From contig JAHDYR010000037.1 of the NCBI GenBank assembly GCA_019828565.1, positions 62,001 through 126,000 on the forward strand: a stretch of DNA of 64,000 nt, in the 5' to 3' direction. A program made the position numbers and the translations under genes. Origin of the DNA: Carpediemonas membranifera BICM (Eukaryota > Protista > Fornicata). Shown one piece after another: positions 59,035 to 64,000 of the stretch; the first letter of the stretch is position 1; the number at the start of each line of letters is the position of its first letter. Under the pieces are notes generated by a model. It made no database searches and had not been told where the DNA came from. It saw only the letters and a list, made by a program, of their open reading frames with translations.

Positions 59035-59985
59035 TCACTCTTGGTCATCCTCCTCATCACTCACCTCCTCGCGGATACTGACATCATCACGAGCCTCGTC
59101 ATGCGCGAGTGTCAATGGCTCTGTAATAGCGCGGGCAGCGTTGGTATACTCACCGTTGAACTGTCGCTGGCCTCTCTGAATGCGAGGAAAGCAATTCACG
59201 CACACCGGAACACGACGAGAAGGACGCTTCAACATGTCAGTTCCAGTGTCAAAAACGGTGTCCGCGATATGATCCGGACAGAACCAGTTGGAACAAAAGT
59301 AGCAGAGCATGCTGGGTCCATCCTTAATACTTCTACCACAGTCCGCTGCTTGGGTGGTCTCGGTTGGAGGTGTACGATGAAAGCACTCGTCGTTACCATT
59401 GATTGCCTTACAGTCATCGCAGATGGATATCTTCTGCTTATCGGCCCTGTTAGATGCCGGGTATGCCATTCGCTCCTCCAAGTAGCCACTGACACAGCTA
59501 TAATGGAAGTACCTCTCGCATTGTTGGCACTGCAGGGAGTTGTCGTCCTCAATCTTCAGCAGCAGATTCATCGGATCGTGACAGACCCCACAACACATGC
59601 GCAATGAGTTTCGTAGCTGCTGATAAGTGAAGTTGTCGAGTGCGTGGCGCCGGTTCATTCCTGTCTGGATAAGTGCCGTTGCCTGCGCCACACATGTGGA
59701 AAATTGGGAAGCGACTTGGTCGATGTGCGCTGCTTCCCGCTGTCTGTGTTCACTGGCCAGATTGTCACGAACAGTTACGACCGACTGAGGGGCGGGTTGA
59801 GACTGTTTCCGAGCCCTCTTGTCCTTCTTCTTCGAATAGGTCTGGAAGGGGATGCTGATGTAGCGCGAAACCGGAGGCTGCCATACCACAGTGCTAGTGG
59901 TACCTGATGCTGCCTGCAGGTTGTCCTGCAGCCTTGATAGGTTGATCTCGCCGAAGTCCTTGAGGAACACACCTGTAGTGATCAA
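59035..59985 (-). CDS. PHD-finger protein of C, 3' part
   Basis: Copy of 20674-21624. Confidence 0.8.
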   Translation of the reverse strand: MITTGVFLKDFGEINLSRLQDNLQAASGTTSTVVWQPPVSRYISIPFQTYSKKKDKRARKQSQPAPQSVVTVRDNLASEHRQREAAHIDQVASQFSTCVAQATALIQTGMNRRHALDNFTYQQLRNSLRMCCGVCHDPMNLLLKIEDDNSLQCQQCERYFHYSCVSGYLEERMAYPASNRADKQKISICDDCKAINGNDECFHRTPPTETTQAADCGRSIKDGPSMLCYFCSNWFCPDHIADTVFDTGTDMLKRPSRRVPVCVNCFPRIQRGQRQFNGEYTNAARAITEPLTLAHDEARDDVSIREEVSDEEDDQE

Positions 59986-60040
59986 GTCAGTGCAGTTTAT
60001 AAATCAGTTCAGCTCCCCTGTGAATCCTACGTTCACCACA

Positions 60041-62683
60041 GTAATATTACTCCTAAGCGCGCGTGTTCAGGGGTTAACAACTGACGTAGAGCTTTCTTAC
60101 GGAATTTGGATAGGAAATCACACGTATCTGCCGTTCTAATTGCGTTTGCGGAAATTTCCCGTCTAGAAGTGTCCAATTGCAACTTGAACACAACTAGATG
60201 CCTCGTTGTAGGTAACTGACAAGGCCTATTGGGCTAGCATCAACGATGCTACTGTAATTCGGCAGAAGCAGCTGTTCAGAATTCCTTGTTGCACAACGAG
60301 TCCGTATCGTCTCCGAACCACTAAGTCCTCATACCATCATCATCAGAATGGCCGCACACACTAGTCTAGGCTTACAGAGGCAAGTCTTCCATGGCTACAT
60401 CCTGAGAATCAACGGCCAAGGCTTCCACGCCACATTCACCTCGGAGACCGGTCCATCCGACCGAAATTCGTCAGCAATGCGGTAGCACACACCTCATACG
60501 ACCCACTCCTTGACTGTCGGACCGTGTCTACTTTTCCGCAGTTTTAGGTCAGAGCACCTAGCGCCGCACCTACAATTGCTGATACTTCCCTACGATTGCC
60601 AATAAGTATGCAGCGACGCTTTGGGAGCATTACAGAAGCAAGTTCTGTCTCCTTGGAGCTATTTTCCAGCTCGGTTTCCTCAAAGATAGACTTCTTCAGT
60701 CTTTTTCCCTTCAGCCAGTATCCCTTAGCGAATACCTGCGCAATTCGGGTTCCATTTAATTAGTTCGTGCATTCCTCAGCGCTTTCTTCCGTCTTCCGCG
60801 CTCCGCTACTCCACACGCACGGTAATTTCTACTTTTCGCCTTCGACGAGTTATTCCACCATTACCGAGCCAGACGATCAAGCTGCGGCTTCACCAACTGG
60901 TTCACGTCCACGCCCGCGACCCTGACCATGGGTTAGAGGTCTCATCTGAGTGAGTCATTCAATTGACCCTCAAGTTATTCATGGGCCCCACGGACGCTCC
61001 AGTCCCAGCAGCGTTCGGGCACACCCACTCTTTATGACTGATCGGCACTATATCTCCGCCAACTAGATTCATCGGCATCTAGATTCGCCTTTTTATATCT
61101 TTCTCCAGAGTAAGCCGGGATAGCCCAGCGTCACAACATACATGCTCGAACTTCCAGATCTATCATATCTGTCGAGATATTTTCCATATCTCCATATCCA
61201 GGCCACAATTTCACACGAACGACTGGGTTTTGAGGCCTGCTCGTCGCAGATCCGCCTCTATAACTTCACCCAACGTTCACAAAGGCTAGGACGTCACGAC
61301 ACTGACTCGACGTCAGGACAGCTCCTGCCTATACATCCTCAGAGTACCAAGCTCAACTTTCAGCAGCCTGTACGGCTGGGTGCAACCACCATGACACATT
61401 CGGTACTCCTCTGCTCCTTACATCAGGACACCCCACCGTTGTACCCCCGTGGAGCAATAGTCTGAACGGCTATCCGCGGACACAGCAACCTTACGGCGGC
61501 CTCAGCGGCTTCCTTAGAACATACATGTGCGACATAGCGCTCCTATATCTTGGCAGCATCTATACACTGTACGCTCATGTGTCTCGACGACACGCGGCAG
61601 TCAACCGCCTGCTCTTGGACAGTCCGCACGTTCCTTCTCTATTATCACTGGCTTGCTTTTACCTCGGGTTACGGTCCCGGCGACCATCCGTGAAATCAGC
61701 AGCCTCGGCATACATCAGCCGACCGCGCCCACTGACCTCTGTCGCGTACGACTCCCAGTAGCGCTCTTCATGAGCCGAGTCTACACCGCGCGGGTCCAGC
61801 CGGGTCATCTATCGCGCAACAACTGGGTGACATCGCAACACAGACAGCTGCACGCTGGCGACAATACGCCCCGGTTCCTCGCGCCCCTTCAGCTCTTGGC
61901 CGCGCGCTACATCCGTGCCCAAGACCCGAGCTTCACTCTTGCGAAGGCTTGACAACATGTCTCTTGACCAGACCAGCTTCGACACTGAGCCCCAGATCAG
62001 GTTCAAACGTCGGGTCGGTCGACAGTACGTCCCTCCACGAGCGCTCTTCCCTTATGGTGCCGGCTGACAAGTCTTAACTGGGCCAGGAGCCCTCTCCATA
62101 GCTCTCGCACCTAGCTCACCACCCATCGCTAGACTCGTTTTGCAAGTGACTCGACGTCATCAATCAACTCTAGCGTAGCCAACCTTCGGCATCTTTTCCT
62201 CGTGACGGGCGGCAACTTCTCCTCTCACCTCACCCGGTACCAATGCCACCTATCATGCTGTGGGTATATATCAGCCCACGCTCCCGGCATACTAACACGC
62301 GACAAAGTCTCGACGACAGACGCGACTCATGTAGCCACACCAGTACCGACGCTACAACATCAGCGGCGTCATGCATCCTTCCTATTAGAAGTACGACCCT
62401 CGAGATTCGGGCCGTGGGGGCAGTGCTGTCAGGTGCATGCCGCTTTGGCGCACCTGACGATCGGCCTTGCCAACGTCCACGCTCTTCCTGACCACATCTC
62501 GACACTCTTACATTCCCCATCTTTGTTCGACATCAGCGTTCTCAGCAACGACGTTCGACTTCACTATTGACCAAAAGCACGTGGCACACCAACCTCCAAG
62601 TCACGGTCCGCTTCGGTTTTGCCCTGACTCTCTCTTCATTATCATGTCCTGTCCTCACCTTTGGCTCCGGGCCGTGGGGGCAG
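60041..62683. other. 2.6-kb ORF-poor insertion flanked by a 67-bp direct repeat
   Basis: 59974-60040 is identical to 62684-62750. Confidence 0.75.
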
Positions 62684-62713
62684 TGTAGTGATCAAGTCAG
62701 TGCAGTTTATAAA

Positions 62714-63004
62714 TCAGTTCAGCTCCCCTGTGAATCCTACGTTCACCACAACACCCTTGACCTTACCCTCGGTGTTGATCTGGTAAGACGAGGGGGCGAG
62801 TCCATCCAGAGCGTGGATAAGGGCATGACGAAGAGAACAAGCCATCGCTTGCTTCTTCTTGTAGAGAGCTCGGATATCATCTGGCAGAATAGCCCAGCAC
62901 ACCTCTGAAACCGCAACAGGCATGGCTTGAGCACAATCGCGTTGAAAGTAGAATACTTCTTTTGCAATTGCAATCAGGATTTCTCGTTTTTGGGTCTTTT
63001 CCAT
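62714..63004 (-). CDS. 96-aa ORF, probable 5' exon of the PHD gene at 59035-59985
   Basis: Becomes adjacent to that ORF once the insertion and one repeat are removed; the repeat ends CTGAC...CTACAG on the minus strand, like an intron 3' end. Confidence 0.5.
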   Translation of the reverse strand: MEKTQKREILIAIAKEVFYFQRDCAQAMPVAVSEVCWAILPDDIRALYKKKQAMACSLRHALIHALDGLAPSSYQINTEGKVKGVVVNVGFTGELN

Positions 63005-63458
63005 GATGCCTGTATGTGCACTTTAAGGTTGAAGATTGCTCACACAATTTGACTTTTCTTTATCGAATGGGATAAAGTTGGAAGTAAATAAAGTACTATT
63101 CCGTTGCTAGGACAGCAAGGGGATGTTACAGTAGGAGTTTCAACACTTTTTGAGAGGATACCCCTCAGAGGTGACAGTGCAACACCCGAAATTTTGTCTA
63201 TACACGTCATATACAAGGTCTAATGCATCTTTGCCAACCACTTTTAGCGTTTGTATGTGTCAGACGATCGAGTTCTGAAGAGCGACTTTGGCCAAGTCAT
63301 GCGACCTTATCCTGCACTGACGATACGGAAAACGATCATAAATATTTTTTGTGACATCGACATGCGCTAATAATGTTTCCAGAGGTAGAACTAGGCTAGT
63401 AGAAGACTGTCACCCACTTTGGGGATGATCCGACGACATCGATCAAAATCAATCAAGG

Positions 63459-63518
63459 ATTCCGGGACTTGATTCTGGGACTTTAAGTCCCGGTTAGAGT
63501 ACCGGAAAACGCAGCATG
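63459..63518 (-). repeat. Right TIR of element C
   Basis: Imperfect reverse complement of 1478-1536. Confidence 0.92.
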
Positions 63519-64000
63519 AAGAAGAATGGCGCTGGGCCCCAGCCGAAGGGTAGGACGTTGAAGGCATAGGGTCTCCCGTCGACCACGAAACCCAGCAGCG
63601 GGCTGTCCGAGGCCCTGACCCCTAACTGGTAGTAGCCCTTGACTAGGTCCAAGCGTGCCATGTAGTCTCCTTCGCGAAGCTGGGCCATCGCTTGCTTGAC
63701 TCCCTTCAGCCGAAAGGTTCGATGTTCCGTTGACACTGCGTTCAATGCCCTTAGGTCGTGGATCAGACGCGTCTCTGGTGGCGTCTTCGGCACAGTGAAG
63801 ATAGGTGAGATCAAGCTGGGAGACCGGCATGGGCTTGCCGCGCCCAGGCTCAGGAGGGTTTTCAGGTGGTCGCGGAATGCCTTGCGGTCCTTGGCGCGAG
63901 TTGGTGGTAGGCGCGGATGACGAGGGTGCGCTCTTAGGGATATCGGGACGCCCTCTCGTAGCCACGTAACCACCTCTGATGGCGCGCCCAAGTGCCTCCA
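63519..64000 (-). mobile_element. DIRS/Ngaro-like retrotransposon RT, truncated by the TIR
   Basis: SPIFTVPK..RLIHDLRALN..GDYMARLDLVKGYYQL..YAFNVLPFGWGPAPFF, cut before YxDD. Confidence 0.85.

Larger units (their letters stand above)
1478..63518. mobile_element. Outer ~62 kb composite DNA transposon 'C' (contains A1, B, A2)
   Basis: Imperfect ~60-bp inverted repeats at 1478-1536 and 63459-63518 starting CATGCTG, each cutting a retroelement ORF. It has its own transposase paralog. Flanking dinucleotides (CT / AA) do not match. Confidence 0.75.

Noticed and set aside
8687-59607. Long antisense ORFs (e.g. 8687-9268, 21052-21783, 32051-32878, 58876-59607)
   Set aside because: Shadows of GC-rich coding strands; no motifs and no evident conservation between A and B.
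60041-62683. Retroelement or recombinase remnant in the 2.6-kb insert
   Set aside because: Only isolated short motifs such as YLG; no convincing ordered RT or recombinase motifs.
1478-63518. Endogenous giant virus, Maverick/Polinton or Starship
   Set aside because: No capsid, packaging ATPase, DNA polymerase, retroviral integrase or intact captain recombinase is visible; TIR/TSD structure and introns indicate DDE transposons.

Overview
Eukaryotic DNA, probably from a protist (inferred from 31-37 nt GT-AG introns). The window is almost entirely a nest of large cut-and-paste DNA transposons from one family that I cannot assign to a described group. All ends are 5'-CAT(A/G)CTG...CAG(T/C)ATG-3', TIRs are 48-60 bp and target duplications are 2 bp. 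Each element encodes a divergent DDE transposase whose motif order matches RAG1/Transib/Chapaev-type enzymes. An outer element C (1478-63518) lies between two different truncated retrotransposon RT genes, Ty3/Gypsy on the left and DIRS-like on the right. Inside it are element A1 (4042-15383, inserted next to the first catalytic Asp of C's transposase) and element B (30012-53483), and B contains an inverted second copy of A (A2, 33955-45298). A and B are strongly diverged in sequence but carry the same 8 genes in the same order: transposase, GNAT acetyltransferase, unknown helical protein, OTU-like protease, SET-domain protein, caspase-like (clan CD) protease, PHD-finger protein and a ~75-aa protein. 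C adds a protein kinase, a Swt1-like HEPN protein, a double-OTU protein, another SET, another PHD, a degenerate tyrosine-recombinase-like protein and a five-copy G-rich intergenic module. The best candidate novel system is a family of RAG-like transposons carrying their own chromatin writer/reader/eraser kit. Many frameshifts sit in homopolymers and look like sequencing errors. All domain calls are from motifs read by eye, without database searches.
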